Below, piece after piece: positions 9,056-19,193 of a DNA stretch of 46,037 nt. Below the pieces are notes generated by a model. That model made no database searches, was not told where the DNA came from, and was given only the letters and a program-made list of their open reading frames with translations. Numbering within the stretch: position 1 is the first letter of the stretch; every line of letters begins with the position of its first letter. Source of the DNA: a phage; sequence record PZ445465.1. One strand, 5' to 3'. The position numbers and the translations under genes were made by a program.

Positions 9056-9486
9056 TATTTAATCTCCAGTTCTTTTGCGCGAATTGCGCTGTCAATGATG
9101 TCTTGCAAATCCTGTTCGCGCGATTTATGTCCGCGCTCGCCAGCCTGTAATGCCTTCTTGATTAAGTGCTGCAATGCAGGGTTGGTGACATTCCACGCCA
9201 TGAGCACATCGTATACGTCAACAAATATACCCGGCTTAATCTCGTGCAGGTATTTGTTATCAGCCTCAGGAGCGCCAATGCAATCATTGAGGTCTTGTTC
9301 GTCGGTAATTGGCTCGCGGTATGCAATAACAACATCCCCGCGACCCTCAATCACTTCAATGCGATCAGCATAATATTTGCTTAGATAGAAAATCTCACCA
9401 GTCCTTTCTGACTTAACTACAAGATAAGCCGCGTTATGGCCAGCAAAATCATCCTCATAACCTTTCAGATATTTCCACTTTTTCAT
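9055..9486 (-). CDS. hypothetical protein (143 aa)
   Basis: ATG 9486; ATGA overlap with the upstream gene; no confidently recognised domain. Confidence 0.55.
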   Translation of the reverse strand: MKKWKYLKGYEDDFAGHNAAYLVVKSERTGEIFYLSKYYADRIEVIEGRGDVVIAYREPITDEQDLNDCIGAPEADNKYLHEIKPGIFVDVYDVLMAWNVTNPALQHLIKKALQAGERGHKSREQDLQDIIDSAIRAKELEIK

Positions 9487-9677
9487 TTCATCGTCACCCG
9501 ATTATTTTCATCAACATTAAAATTCGCACGAATCAAATCATACATGTCATTTTTAGGCATATCAGCCAGCGCCACATAGCAACGGGCAAAGTAGCGAACA
9601 TCACGGAGTGTCAGCGGCTGCCGCTTCTCCACAATGCTGGTGATAATGTCCATCGGCTCGCGTCGTGGTCTTGGCAT
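9483..9677 (-). CDS. hypothetical protein (64 aa), first gene of the leftward cassette
   Basis: ATG 9677 with AGGAG RBS, immediately downstream of the divergent regulatory region. Confidence 0.5.
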   Translation of the reverse strand: MPRPRREPMDIITSIVEKRQPLTLRDVRYFARCYVALADMPKNDMYDLIRANFNVDENNRVTMK

Positions 9678-9700
9678 ATTTACTACTCCTTCTCGAAAAA

Positions 9701-9749
9701 CATCTTGACGTTTCTACATCACTTAGTCAATACTTATTGACGTAGATTG
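9701..9749. promoter_or_regulatory. divergent regulatory region with inverted motif copies
   Basis: GTTTCTACATC (9710-9720) and TTGACGTAGATTG (9737-9749, reverse orientation) between divergent gene starts 9677 and 9777. Confidence 0.4.
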
Positions 9750-9776
9750 TACCACAACGGAAAAGGTGATGTGGAA

Positions 9777-9974
9777 ATGCGATACAAAGAAATAGCAGCG
9801 AGATACCAGAAAGAAGTGCGCGAGGTTATGGAAATCCTTAACGTTCGCGAAGATACCATTAAGTATGTGGAAACTGCCATGTGTTCACTTGCTCTTGAAG
9901 CGGAGGTTGCAGGTCGTGAAAAGGCTGACGAACTTATATCTGCGTTGGTTTATAGTTCAACCAGTAACGGTTGA
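9777..9974 (+). CDS. hypothetical protein (65 aa)
   Basis: ATG 9777 after AAAAGGTG; first gene of a rightward early cluster. Confidence 0.5.
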   Translation: MRYKEIAARYQKEVREVMEILNVREDTIKYVETAMCSLALEAEVAGREKADELISALVYSSTSNG

Positions 9975-10034
9975 ATATGAAGGTTATCTGTGCGTTGAGC
10001 ACGTTGTTATCAAGTTCTACGGGAGAAATTATAA

Positions 10035-10229
10035 ATGGCGCATGACGAACTGTACGAAGAATCGTTAATCCAGCGACTGAATGAAGTTGAGCGCACACGC
10101 GAATGGCTGGAGTGCGAATTGCGAGAGGTGCGCAATCGACTGCAACGCAAACGCAGTCAACAGAAAGATGTTATCGACTGGTCTGGCAATGCACCTAAAT
10201 TTAACAACATTGGAGAATGGTTGAAATGA
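10035..10229 (+). CDS. hypothetical protein, coiled-coil-like
   Basis: ATG 10035 after GGGAGA RBS. Confidence 0.5.
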   Translation: MAHDELYEESLIQRLNEVERTREWLECELREVRNRLQRKRSQQKDVIDWSGNAPKFNNIGEWLK

Positions 10230-10447
10230 GAAAGTTCAGTACGTTAGTTGATTTAATTTTTGCTGACATAAGTGAGGATAACGCCAGAAGCGAGAAGTCA
10301 AAAAATCAGCGTCAGGATATTACGTTTCGCACACTGCTTAAGCAATCAATGCGCAATAAGAAGGAGTGGAGATACAGGCGCGACAGAGTTCTGATAAGAC
10401 TGTGCAAATTGAATATGAATAAGATACTTAAGGATATGACCAAATGA
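10226..10447 (+). CDS. hypothetical basic protein
   Basis: ATG 10226 after GGAG; stop overlaps the next start as ATGA. Confidence 0.45.
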   Translation: MRKFSTLVDLIFADISEDNARSEKSKNQRQDITFRTLLKQSMRNKKEWRYRRDRVLIRLCKLNMNKILKDMTK

Positions 10448-10692
10448 CAGCACCACATATGCCAATGATGAATGATAGCGGGTTGCTGTGCTGCCCATTC
10501 TGTGGCGGGAATGAAGTTTACTTGAATATTGATTTAGTGCTTGTATCTGTCGAATGCGGAGATTGCTGTGCAAGTTCAGGTGAATGGGGTTCACCGGAAA
10601 CCGCTGTCAGGCACTGGAACACCCGCAACGGACACCTATACACCGCAGACGACTTCAATCAGGCAGCAGAGGAGCGTGATTATGGACTATAA
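10444..10692 (+). CDS. lar: Lar-family restriction alleviation protein (putative)
   Basis: CPFCGG ... ECGDC ... AVRHWNTRNG: the paired-Cys zinc ribbon and WN.R signature of Lar-like proteins. Confidence 0.6.
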   Translation: MTAPHMPMMNDSGLLCCPFCGGNEVYLNIDLVLVSVECGDCCASSGEWGSPETAVRHWNTRNGHLYTADDFNQAAEERDYGL

Positions 10693-11170
10693 ATCACAAA
10701 TCATGCGCGTGATTATGAATCACCCCGGTTCAACGCGCGCATATATTGAGAAGCATTGCGGAGGAAAGCATTCAAGCACCACAACGCATCGTTTGCATGA
10801 GATGCTTGCGCTTGGATTCATTCGCCGTGAGAAGTCCGTGATTCGCGGTGGGAAGTGGCAGTATAAATATTTCATCTCTGATGATGCAGCTGGTATTGAT
10901 GATGCTATTAAGTGCCATTTGCTTGATAACGCTGGCGCAGAGGTGAAAGAAATCAGCGTAGCCACTGGCATTGATTACCGAATCGTGAAAAGCCGCATCC
11001 GCATTATGTTTCATAACGGTGATGTAACGCGAAGATATGACCACCACAAGAAGCTGTGGCGTTATTCTTGGCATGAGAAGGAAGTTAACGTCAGCAACCT
11101 GTTTAATTCACTTCTTCGCAATGTAAGAGGTCGTCATGGGGAAAGCCAAACGCAAGAAGCAAGAGTATGA
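10682..11170 (+). CDS. hypothetical protein, possibly DNA-binding
   Basis: ATG 10682 after GGAG; 162 aa; helix-rich basic segments; function not established. Confidence 0.45.
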   Translation: MDYKSQIMRVIMNHPGSTRAYIEKHCGGKHSSTTTHRLHEMLALGFIRREKSVIRGGKWQYKYFISDDAAGIDDAIKCHLLDNAGAEVKEISVATGIDYRIVKSRIRIMFHNGDVTRRYDHHKKLWRYSWHEKEVNVSNLFNSLLRNVRGRHGESQTQEARV

Positions 11171-11312
11171 GCCATTACCGCCATGCGAAATGTCAGGAAT
11201 GCCGCAGCAGGAGGATGTGATTCTCACCGAGGCTGAGTGGCGCAAGGTGGCAAGAGTGCAAATCATGTTCCGCAAACTTGCTGAGGACGTACTAAATGAG
11301 ATGGGCTATTAA
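11136..11312 (+). CDS. hypothetical small protein (58 aa)
   Basis: unlisted ORF with AAGAGG RBS; overlaps neighbouring genes; uncertain. Confidence 0.25.
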   Translation: MGKAKRKKQEYEPLPPCEMSGMPQQEDVILTEAEWRKVARVQIMFRKLAEDVLNEMGY

Positions 11313-11643
11313 GCATAAATCTGGCAGAACTCTGTTTATTACATCGGATGAGTTTATTGCCAATAACCGTAGAAAGATGGGCTGGATAGTGGAGGAAGTG
11401 AAGATGACGAGTAGAGAGCAGTTTGAGGAGTGGGCCAAGGAGAACGGAATGAGTCTTGTTTATGGTGACTGTGATTATGTGTATTCGCCAACCGTATGGG
11501 CGTGGAAAGCATGGCGAGCATCGCGCTCAGCAATTGAGATTGAATTGCCAGCGGTAGAGATTGGTTATGAAATGATGGAATACTACGAGCCTCAACAGGT
11601 TATTGAGGCAATCAAACAAGCAGGCTTAAAGGTGAAAAAATGA
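11296..11643 (+). CDS. hypothetical protein (115 aa)
   Basis: ATG 11296 after GAGGA RBS. Confidence 0.5.
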   Translation: MRWAIKHKSGRTLFITSDEFIANNRRKMGWIVEEVKMTSREQFEEWAKENGMSLVYGDCDYVYSPTVWAWKAWRASRSAIEIELPAVEIGYEMMEYYEPQQVIEAIKQAGLKVKK

Positions 11644-11966
11644 TTATCCCATTAAACGACATTATGAAAGCAGACATCATTCAGCTTGAAGATTATGACA
11701 TGCAACTGGCGTTTGAAATAGAAACTGTTGAGCGTCAACTGCAATATGCTGATAAGAAGAATGATCGCATCTGGCATGAGAAAGCGCTTAAAGCACGGGA
11801 CCACATGAAGCGCACGCGCGCACTTATTAAAACTCGTCTGGATAAGCTGTATTTTGGCGAGGAAAGATATTTGCATGGCGCAATTCTGGCGCAAATCCGC
11901 AAGGAAATGCCTATTGGTAAGTTCATGTCATACGTGCACCGGGCAAAGCAGGAGGCTGGGTTATGA
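11640..11966 (+). CDS. hypothetical protein (108 aa)
   Basis: ATGA overlap with the upstream gene. Confidence 0.5.
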   Translation: MIIPLNDIMKADIIQLEDYDMQLAFEIETVERQLQYADKKNDRIWHEKALKARDHMKRTRALIKTRLDKLYFGEERYLHGAILAQIRKEMPIGKFMSYVHRAKQEAGL

Positions 11967-12151
11967 GCGGCCCAAAATTTCCAGAGCTGCCTGTTGAGGT
12001 TCAGGTTGCATTGATTAATGCAGCAAGTGCAATGGCGACAAAGAAGATTGAGGCAATAGGAAGCGATTACAACAGGAGCATAGACTGGTTTCAGAGGGAG
12101 TATCAAAAAATCTGCGACGCACTCTACAAAGAAAACAGGGGTAGACCATGA
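11963..12151 (+). CDS. hypothetical protein (62 aa)
   Basis: ATGA overlap with the upstream gene. Confidence 0.45.
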   Translation: MSGPKFPELPVEVQVALINAASAMATKKIEAIGSDYNRSIDWFQREYQKICDALYKENRGRP

Positions 12152-12294
12152 TCCAATTACTGTGGATATTATCAGCATACGCATTCGCGAGAGTATTTGA
12201 GGCTGATACTCTGTACCAGATGATTTGCTATGGCGCTCTGTTCTGTCTCTCTGGTGCCGCGCTTGCATTTATGGATGATGTGATTTCAGACTAA
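12148..12294 (+). CDS. small membrane protein (48 aa)
   Basis: unlisted ORF; ATGA overlap; hydrophobic MIQLLWILSAYAF... Confidence 0.3.
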   Translation: MIQLLWILSAYAFARVFEADTLYQMICYGALFCLSGAALAFMDDVISD

Positions 12295-12448
12295 CTCCGT
12301 ATATCTTTTGTTCATTATGGGCTGCTATCATTTAATCAGGAGGTAGCCCATGAATATAATCCCCATCACTTACTTTCTTACGCTATACGCACTTACCAAT
12401 TCTCCATTGTTTGCACTGGCTACCGCCTCATGGTGCTATATCTCCCTG

Positions 12449-12457
12449 TGTTATAAT
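12449..12457 (+). promoter_or_regulatory. extended -10-like element TGTTATAAT upstream of the head gene block
   Basis: TGnTATAAT match 32 nt upstream of ATG 12489; no clear -35. Confidence 0.3.
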
Positions 12458-12488
12458 TCGACCACAAACTAACCGTGGAGAGTTAACC

Positions 12489-14368
<1,880 letters not shown>

Positions 14369-14370
14369 TA

Positions 14371-15441
14371 ATGGAAAAGATTATTTTTACCAAAGACCTG
14401 GTAGCCAACTCCGCAGTGGTGGCTGACCAGTGGAAACATCTGACCATCGACCGCAAGGTGTTCTGCAATGCAGAAGCTGAACTGGCGAAAACATACGGTG
14501 TTAACGCCACCGCACTGGTAACGAAAGATTACTGGCGCGACGTGGATAACGTCACCACCCGCGTTTTCCGCAACGAAGCTGGTCAGGACATGATGGCTGA
14601 CCTGATGGGCATCGCGGCAAACATCAACATCGGAAAGACTGTGGCAATCAGCCGCATTGCTTCCGATGCTGGAAAGGTAGTCCGCACTCTGTCTGGTCAG
14701 GAGCCGGAAGATTTGGATAAAACTCGCTACGATTACACTGGCGATGTGATCCCAATCTTCAAAACTGGCTACAGCCGAGAATGGCGCGAGCTGCTGGGTA
14801 TGCAGTCTGAAGGCTTCGACCCACTGCTGGACGATCAGGCCAACGTCACCTTTAACCTGCGTTCCGACATGGCGCAGTATCTGCTGACCGGCGACCAGAC
14901 TCTGAACGTGAACGGCGTTTACACTGGCTATGGTATCACCAACCACCCGAACACTGTTCAGGTTAACCTGAATGCTCCCGGCGGCCTTAATATCGACCTG
15001 CAAACTGCAACGCCAGACGAAATCGTGACCTTCTTCAATCAGGATTTCCAGGCTATTCTGGATGCGCAGAACGTATTTGAGCAGGTGACTCTGTGGGTTT
15101 CTCCGGCAGTGCGTCGTAGCTTCATGCGTCCGTATTCTGATGCGGCAGGCTTCAAAGGCGGCACTGTTGAGCAGTACATCACGCAGTTTGGCAATGGTCG
15201 CATCGGTAAGATTGGCACCAACTTCCTGCTGACTGGTAACCATTTCGTTGGCTACGTTCGCAACGACATGTACATCCGTCCGCGTGTTGCTCAGCCAGTT
15301 TCCACCTACGCGGCAGCTCGTGCCAACCCGCACGATAACTTTAACTTCCTCGTGTGGTCTGCTTTTGGTTTGCAGATTCGCAAGGACGCCACTGGCAAGT
15401 CCAGAGTGTTCAACGGCTACGGTACGCAAACTCCGGTGTAA
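14371..15441 (+). CDS. major capsid protein
   Basis: 356-aa ORF after the scaffold-like gene, GGAG RBS, followed by a strong terminator; size typical of HK97-fold capsid proteins. Confidence 0.75.
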   Translation: MEKIIFTKDLVANSAVVADQWKHLTIDRKVFCNAEAELAKTYGVNATALVTKDYWRDVDNVTTRVFRNEAGQDMMADLMGIAANINIGKTVAISRIASDAGKVVRTLSGQEPEDLDKTRYDYTGDVIPIFKTGYSREWRELLGMQSEGFDPLLDDQANVTFNLRSDMAQYLLTGDQTLNVNGVYTGYGITNHPNTVQVNLNAPGGLNIDLQTATPDEIVTFFNQDFQAILDAQNVFEQVTLWVSPAVRRSFMRPYSDAAGFKGGTVEQYITQFGNGRIGKIGTNFLLTGNHFVGYVRNDMYIRPRVAQPVSTYAAARANPHDNFNFLVWSAFGLQIRKDATGKSRVFNGYGTQTPV

Positions 15442-15442
15442 T

Positions 15443-15468
15443 AAAAAAAGGGGCGAAAGCCCCTTTAT
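15443..15468 (+). terminator. rho-independent terminator
   Basis: AGGGGC-GAAA-GCCCCT followed by TTTAT. Confidence 0.55.
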
Positions 15469-15484
15469 GAATTTGAGGTGAATA

Positions 15485-15682
15485 ATGGCTAAATACGAAG
15501 TGATCGCTCGCGGAATCTTTGTTAAAGAGAAGGGCAAGATTCGTGAATTGCAGCTTGGCGAGGTGATTACCGAGCCAGACGAGCATCTGCTACCAAAACT
15601 GCGCGTTATGCCAGAACTGGAAAAGACTTTCGAAGTCGCAACCCCGCAACAAAAGACGACAAAGAAAAAGAAAGCAGAGTAA
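15485..15682 (+). CDS. hypothetical protein (65 aa), Lys-rich C-terminus
   Basis: ATG 15485 after GAGGTG. Confidence 0.45.
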   Translation: MAKYEVIARGIFVKEKGKIRELQLGEVITEPDEHLLPKLRVMPELEKTFEVATPQQKTTKKKKAE

Positions 15683-15685
15683 ACA

Positions 15686-15711
15686 AAACCCGCATCATGC
15701 GGGTTTTTTAT
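15686..15711. terminator. bidirectional rho-independent terminator
   Basis: CCCGCA-TCA-TGCGGG followed by TTTTTTATT, between convergent operons. Confidence 0.6.
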
Positions 15712-15713
15712 TG

Positions 15714-16250
15714 CTACAGACGCATCGGCATAACAACAATCTTAGCAGTCTCGCCAGATGGCGCATTAAGACAGCAAACTGCGGCATTTGTGTTTCCATT
15801 AAGTTCAAATTTGATACAACTGAATTTAGGATTAAACAGCTTCGCCACTTTCTCAACGTCAACCAGATATCCAGCATTGAAGCCAATTTCCTCTGCTGGC
15901 AAGGTCTGCTTCGGAATGACGCGATCAATATCAGGGAATCGCCCGTCAATCTCTTCACAGATACCAGCACCAACCATAACGCCAGCTTCATCATGATACG
16001 TTGCAATTTTCGACTTTGTATCAATGATGGCGTAGTCATAGCGTTTTGTTGGTGACTTGCCAATCTTGATAATCACATTTTCTGTAAGATTATTATCATG
16101 GTTTCCACCAATAAATGCGCGATGACCGTCAGTTGATGCAATACGACCATCAGGCATAAAGCAAATGCCATTCAGGTAATATCGCACATCGTTGCGCGCC
16201 TGAAATATTAATGCTGATTCAAGTAATAGTTTGCCGATTTTTAGTTTCAT
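15714..16250 (-). CDS. miniaturised beta sliding clamp (DnaN)-like protein
   Basis: 178 aa containing DVRYYLNG...TDGHR, IDGRFPDIDRVIPK, EIGFNAGYLVDV and C-terminal VVMPMRL; these match E. coli DnaN domain II/III segments and its C-terminus as recalled from memory, but the protein is under half DnaN length. Confidence 0.7.
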   Translation of the reverse strand: MKLKIGKLLLESALIFQARNDVRYYLNGICFMPDGRIASTDGHRAFIGGNHDNNLTENVIIKIGKSPTKRYDYAIIDTKSKIATYHDEAGVMVGAGICEEIDGRFPDIDRVIPKQTLPAEEIGFNAGYLVDVEKVAKLFNPKFSCIKFELNGNTNAAVCCLNAPSGETAKIVVMPMRL

Positions 16251-16423
16251 CACTTCACCTTAATCATATGCTGTTTTGCAACCTTCAGGCACTCCTCAAA
16301 AATGCCACCCTTCTTTGCGCTCTGATTGCGCTTGTAATACTGAACTGCCGCATCAATTGCCATCTGGTCGATTTCAGGCAGTTTGGTGCGTAGTTGTTTT
16401 TCAATGAATTGTTCTGGTGTCAT
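16250..16423 (-). CDS. hypothetical small protein (57 aa)
   Basis: unlisted ORF; ATG 16423 overlaps the methyltransferase stop (TAATG) and its stop overlaps the DnaN-like start (TGATG); GAGGT RBS. Confidence 0.4.
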   Translation of the reverse strand: MTPEQFIEKQLRTKLPEIDQMAIDAAVQYYKRNQSAKKGGIFEECLKVAKQHMIKVK

Positions 16424-17220
16424 TAAACGGACCTCATGAATGCTTTAATGAATTCTGCTGCGACTTGTGGAACTATGGCATTGCCATAACCGCGCAATCG
16501 TCCCACTCTTGCGGATACCCCATGAGTTGCCTCGCAAAATCCGCCTGGTATGACTCTAGTTTCCTTATCTGCTCCATGGTTGGGTTTCCATGAATCCCAT
16601 AAACATGAAGCCACATCTGGCGATAAAGAGTATCGTTCCTGAATTTTCCGTCCTTTCTGTAAAATGTCTTGCTGAGATCCCCGTAATCCTTCCATCCTCG
16701 CGCCGTTGGTGTCGCCCATCCTCGCGCCAAAGATGATTCTTTTCCTTTCCTGTGGAGAGCCGACGCTGCAAGCTGGCAATACTGACGCCCCGCAGGCGTA
16801 GCCTTTGTCTTCCAGGTTAAGGAATACAAAATCGAGCCAGTGCTTCCCAATTGCTGCTGCAACCTGCTCTCCAAACAGCAATTCAGGCTTGCACTCTCTG
16901 ATGAGCCTGAGAAATGCTGGGGCAAGGTGTCGATCGTCGTCAAATCCGAGAGACTTACCGGCAACGCTAAACGGCTGGCAAGGTGGTGATCCTGTCCAGA
17001 GTCGAGTGCTTTCTGGTATTCCTGCCAGCTGGAGTGCAAGGGGCCACCCTCCGATTCCGGCAAAGAAGTGACACTGTGTAAATCCTTCCAGGTCTGAAGG
17101 GGTGACTTCGGTGATTGATCGTTCATCGACATATCCGTAAGGAATTAGTTTATTGTTAATTAATTCACGCAGCCATGCCGCTGCGCCCTTGTCCCACTCA
17201 TTGTAATAGTGGACCATCAT
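16423..17220 (-). CDS. DNA (cytosine-5) methyltransferase
   Basis: motif I FFAGIGGW; motif IV GSPPCQPFSVAG (canonical PCQ motif); ENV-like FGEQV. Confidence 0.75.
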   Translation of the reverse strand: MMVHYYNEWDKGAAAWLRELINNKLIPYGYVDERSITEVTPSDLEGFTQCHFFAGIGGWPLALQLAGIPESTRLWTGSPPCQPFSVAGKSLGFDDDRHLAPAFLRLIRECKPELLFGEQVAAAIGKHWLDFVFLNLEDKGYACGASVLPACSVGSPQERKRIIFGARMGDTNGARMEGLRGSQQDILQKGRKIQERYSLSPDVASCLWDSWKPNHGADKETRVIPGGFCEATHGVSARVGRLRGYGNAIVPQVAAEFIKAFMRSV

Positions 17221-18029
17221 CACATCTTCTCCAGAATTGCCATCACCTCGTGAATATCAGCAACAGGAATCTGGATAAACTCCTCATTCTCTGCCACTAC
17301 ATGACCAGCAGGAAGAATAACGTGGTCAGCTGGCTTCAGTAACTCAATCAGTCGGTCTACTGGCTTAATCTTTTTCGACTTAAGCACCTTCGCCGTTACC
17401 TTATCCTTGCCTTGCGCCTTCGCTTCTTCGACTGCCTCGTCGATAACTTTAACCGCATCATCGCCATGTTCGCGAGTTACTGCTACGGCATTTGCATAGC
17501 TGATTTGCCCTGCACTGATTCGCGCTTTTACTTCGGCTGGCACATCACCCAGTGACAGGTGCATCTGCACGTCAGAAACTGAGCGCCCTACCTTCTTGGC
17601 GATTTCCTCGTTGGTCCAGCCAAAACCCTTCAGTCGCGTGTAAGCCTTTGCGCGTTCAAACGGGTCAAGCTGCTTACCCTGACTGGACGACACCATGAAG
17701 GCGATTTTATCTGCTTCGCCTCCTGTGAAATCCTTGCACTCAATACGAACAATTGGTGCGCCACGCTCAATGGCACGCAACGCTCCGAGATAGCGATGCT
17801 GACCATCAAGAATGCGGATTCCCTTCTCGTCTGGAATAACTGTTAATGCTGGCAATGGCTGACCTGACTCCCAGCACTGCGCGAAATACTCCACATGCTG
17901 CTCATCTGCCTCACGGATGTTGTATCCCGGCTCAAGATAGATTTGCTCAACTGGAACGAGATATGTTTTGTTAACAGCGATGCCGTTACGCGTTTCTTTG
18001 TCTGAATAGATTTTGCTGAGTGTTTTCAT
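17220..18029 (-). CDS. ParB-like nuclease domain protein
   Basis: ILDGQHRYLGALRA (the ParB/Srx DGQHR motif); start set at ATG 18029. Confidence 0.7.
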   Translation of the reverse strand: MKTLSKIYSDKETRNGIAVNKTYLVPVEQIYLEPGYNIREADEQHVEYFAQCWESGQPLPALTVIPDEKGIRILDGQHRYLGALRAIERGAPIVRIECKDFTGGEADKIAFMVSSSQGKQLDPFERAKAYTRLKGFGWTNEEIAKKVGRSVSDVQMHLSLGDVPAEVKARISAGQISYANAVAVTREHGDDAVKVIDEAVEEAKAQGKDKVTAKVLKSKKIKPVDRLIELLKPADHVILPAGHVVAENEEFIQIPVADIHEVMAILEKM

Positions 18030-18030
18030 A

Positions 18031-18222
18031 TCATTCACCACTTTCTTCTAACAATTGCTCATAATATGCGACGTATTCATTAGCCAGATGGTACAGGCGA
18101 TCAGCAGACTTGCGTTCTGCATTGCTTAAGTCATCAATAGACTCAATGTTGCCAATTGCATCAACACAATCATTGAAGTCTTGCTCCGTGTTACGGAATC
18201 TACAGTAGGACATGTTTGCCAT
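18031..18222 (-). CDS. small acidic protein (63 aa)
   Basis: ATG 18222 with GAGGAG RBS; high Asp/Glu content. Confidence 0.45.
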   Translation of the reverse strand: MANMSYCRFRNTEQDFNDCVDAIGNIESIDDLSNAERKSADRLYHLANEYVAYYEQLLEESGE

Positions 18223-18224
18223 AA

Positions 18225-18485
18225 TCACTCCTCGTCACCCTGAAAAATACCGCCAAACTCTTCAACCAGTTCATCAATGCATTCGTCCGCCTCAGCGCAA
18301 TTGCCAGCGGCACTCAGCAGAATATCAACAGCCTCATCGTCAGGAATGTTGATTGCCGAGAAGAACTCAACAATGCACATTTTCACAACCTGATATTCAC
18401 CTTCTGTCTGGCAAGATGCGAAACTGCAAGCGACCGCATCAATCAGCTTGGCTTTGTCATCACTTGGGTTATCAATATCAAACAT
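18225..18485 (-). CDS. small strongly acidic protein (86 aa), first gene of the leftward early operon
   Basis: ATG 18485 with AGAGGTG RBS; about 22 D/E versus 3 K/R. Confidence 0.5.
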   Translation of the reverse strand: MFDIDNPSDDKAKLIDAVACSFASCQTEGEYQVVKMCIVEFFSAINIPDDEAVDILLSAAGNCAEADECIDELVEEFGGIFQGDEE

Positions 18486-18505
18486 TTCATCACCTCTAAC
18501 ATTTA

Positions 18506-18552
18506 TTGTTGTTTCTACGTCACTAACTATAAACGCACCATCAATCTACGTC
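18506..18552. promoter_or_regulatory. divergent promoter/operator region
   Basis: GTTTCTACGTC (18511-18521) and CAATCTACGTC (18542-18552); plus-strand TTGTTG-N16-TATAAA (18506-18533); lies between divergent gene starts 18485 and 18602. Confidence 0.45.
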
Positions 18553-18601
18553 AACAGGAATATGCTAAAATCATGCTAATCAAAAAACAGGAGATTTGAG
18601 C

Positions 18602-18721
18602 ATGGGTTCAACAAACGGTCCTTCTCGTTCGCGCGCTACTGGAAATACCAAAACTGGCGGAAAAACTGGCGCAGTTAAGCCGAACGGTTCCACCCGTTCA
18701 CCATCGCGCGGGAAGAAATAA
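18602..18721 (+). CDS. small basic Gly/Ser/Thr/Lys-rich peptide (39 aa)
   Basis: unlisted ORF with AGGAG RBS 8 nt upstream; stop overlaps the next ATG (TAATG). Confidence 0.3.
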   Translation: MGSTNGPSRSRATGNTKTGGKTGAVKPNGSTRSPSRGKK

Positions 18722-19161
18722 TGTTCGGCGCAGACATTGCCATCATGATCATGTATGTGCTGGGTTTTGCCTGCACGGGCATGGTTGCGTTTCTGGTGTT
18801 CATTCCGGCAATGGCGATGTCTGTGTATCTTGGATGGGTGCTTGCTGATTCATTTCCCGCCGAATATCTGTATTACCTTGCGCAGTCTATGGTCTGGCTA
18901 TTCCCGGCTATTGCACTGCGCAAAAGTACAAAAATGGCGCTCTGCGTGCTGACGATGAGCCTTTACGAAAGGCTGGTAGCGATAGAGTCATTCGTATGGG
19001 AATTTATCACGCCTGTAGAAACGCCGCTTCATGCGCAGTACGCATTTATTATTATCGGCATCCATCTGTTCATCCTTTCCATCACTTTTAAATGGGGCGG
19101 CGAAATTGGACATTATTCTTGGCGTGGTCGCCATTGTTTTTTCGCTGATTCAAGTCTATAA
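18721..19161 (+). CDS. integral membrane protein (about four TM helices)
   Basis: several hydrophobic helices across 146 aa. Confidence 0.5.
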   Translation: MFGADIAIMIMYVLGFACTGMVAFLVFIPAMAMSVYLGWVLADSFPAEYLYYLAQSMVWLFPAIALRKSTKMALCVLTMSLYERLVAIESFVWEFITPVETPLHAQYAFIIIGIHLFILSITFKWGGEIGHYSWRGRHCFFADSSL

Positions 19162-19193
19162 GTGCTGGAAACATATCATCAGCGAGACACGCA

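Noticed and set aside
9055-9486. DUF3310 assignment for the 143-aa protein
   Set aside because: Only a vague resemblance of the C-terminal helix-rich region; the family-defining motif could not be confirmed from memory, so it is left as hypothetical.
11735-12268. 177-aa minus-strand ORF antisense to plus-strand early genes
   Set aside because: It overlaps three coupled plus-strand genes and has no RBS; likely spurious.
16473-17132. 219-aa alternative-frame ORF on the minus strand inside the methyltransferase gene
   Set aside because: The FxGxGG and PCQ methyltransferase motifs are in the other frame (16423..17220); the Ser/Leu-rich composition suggests an out-of-frame artefact.
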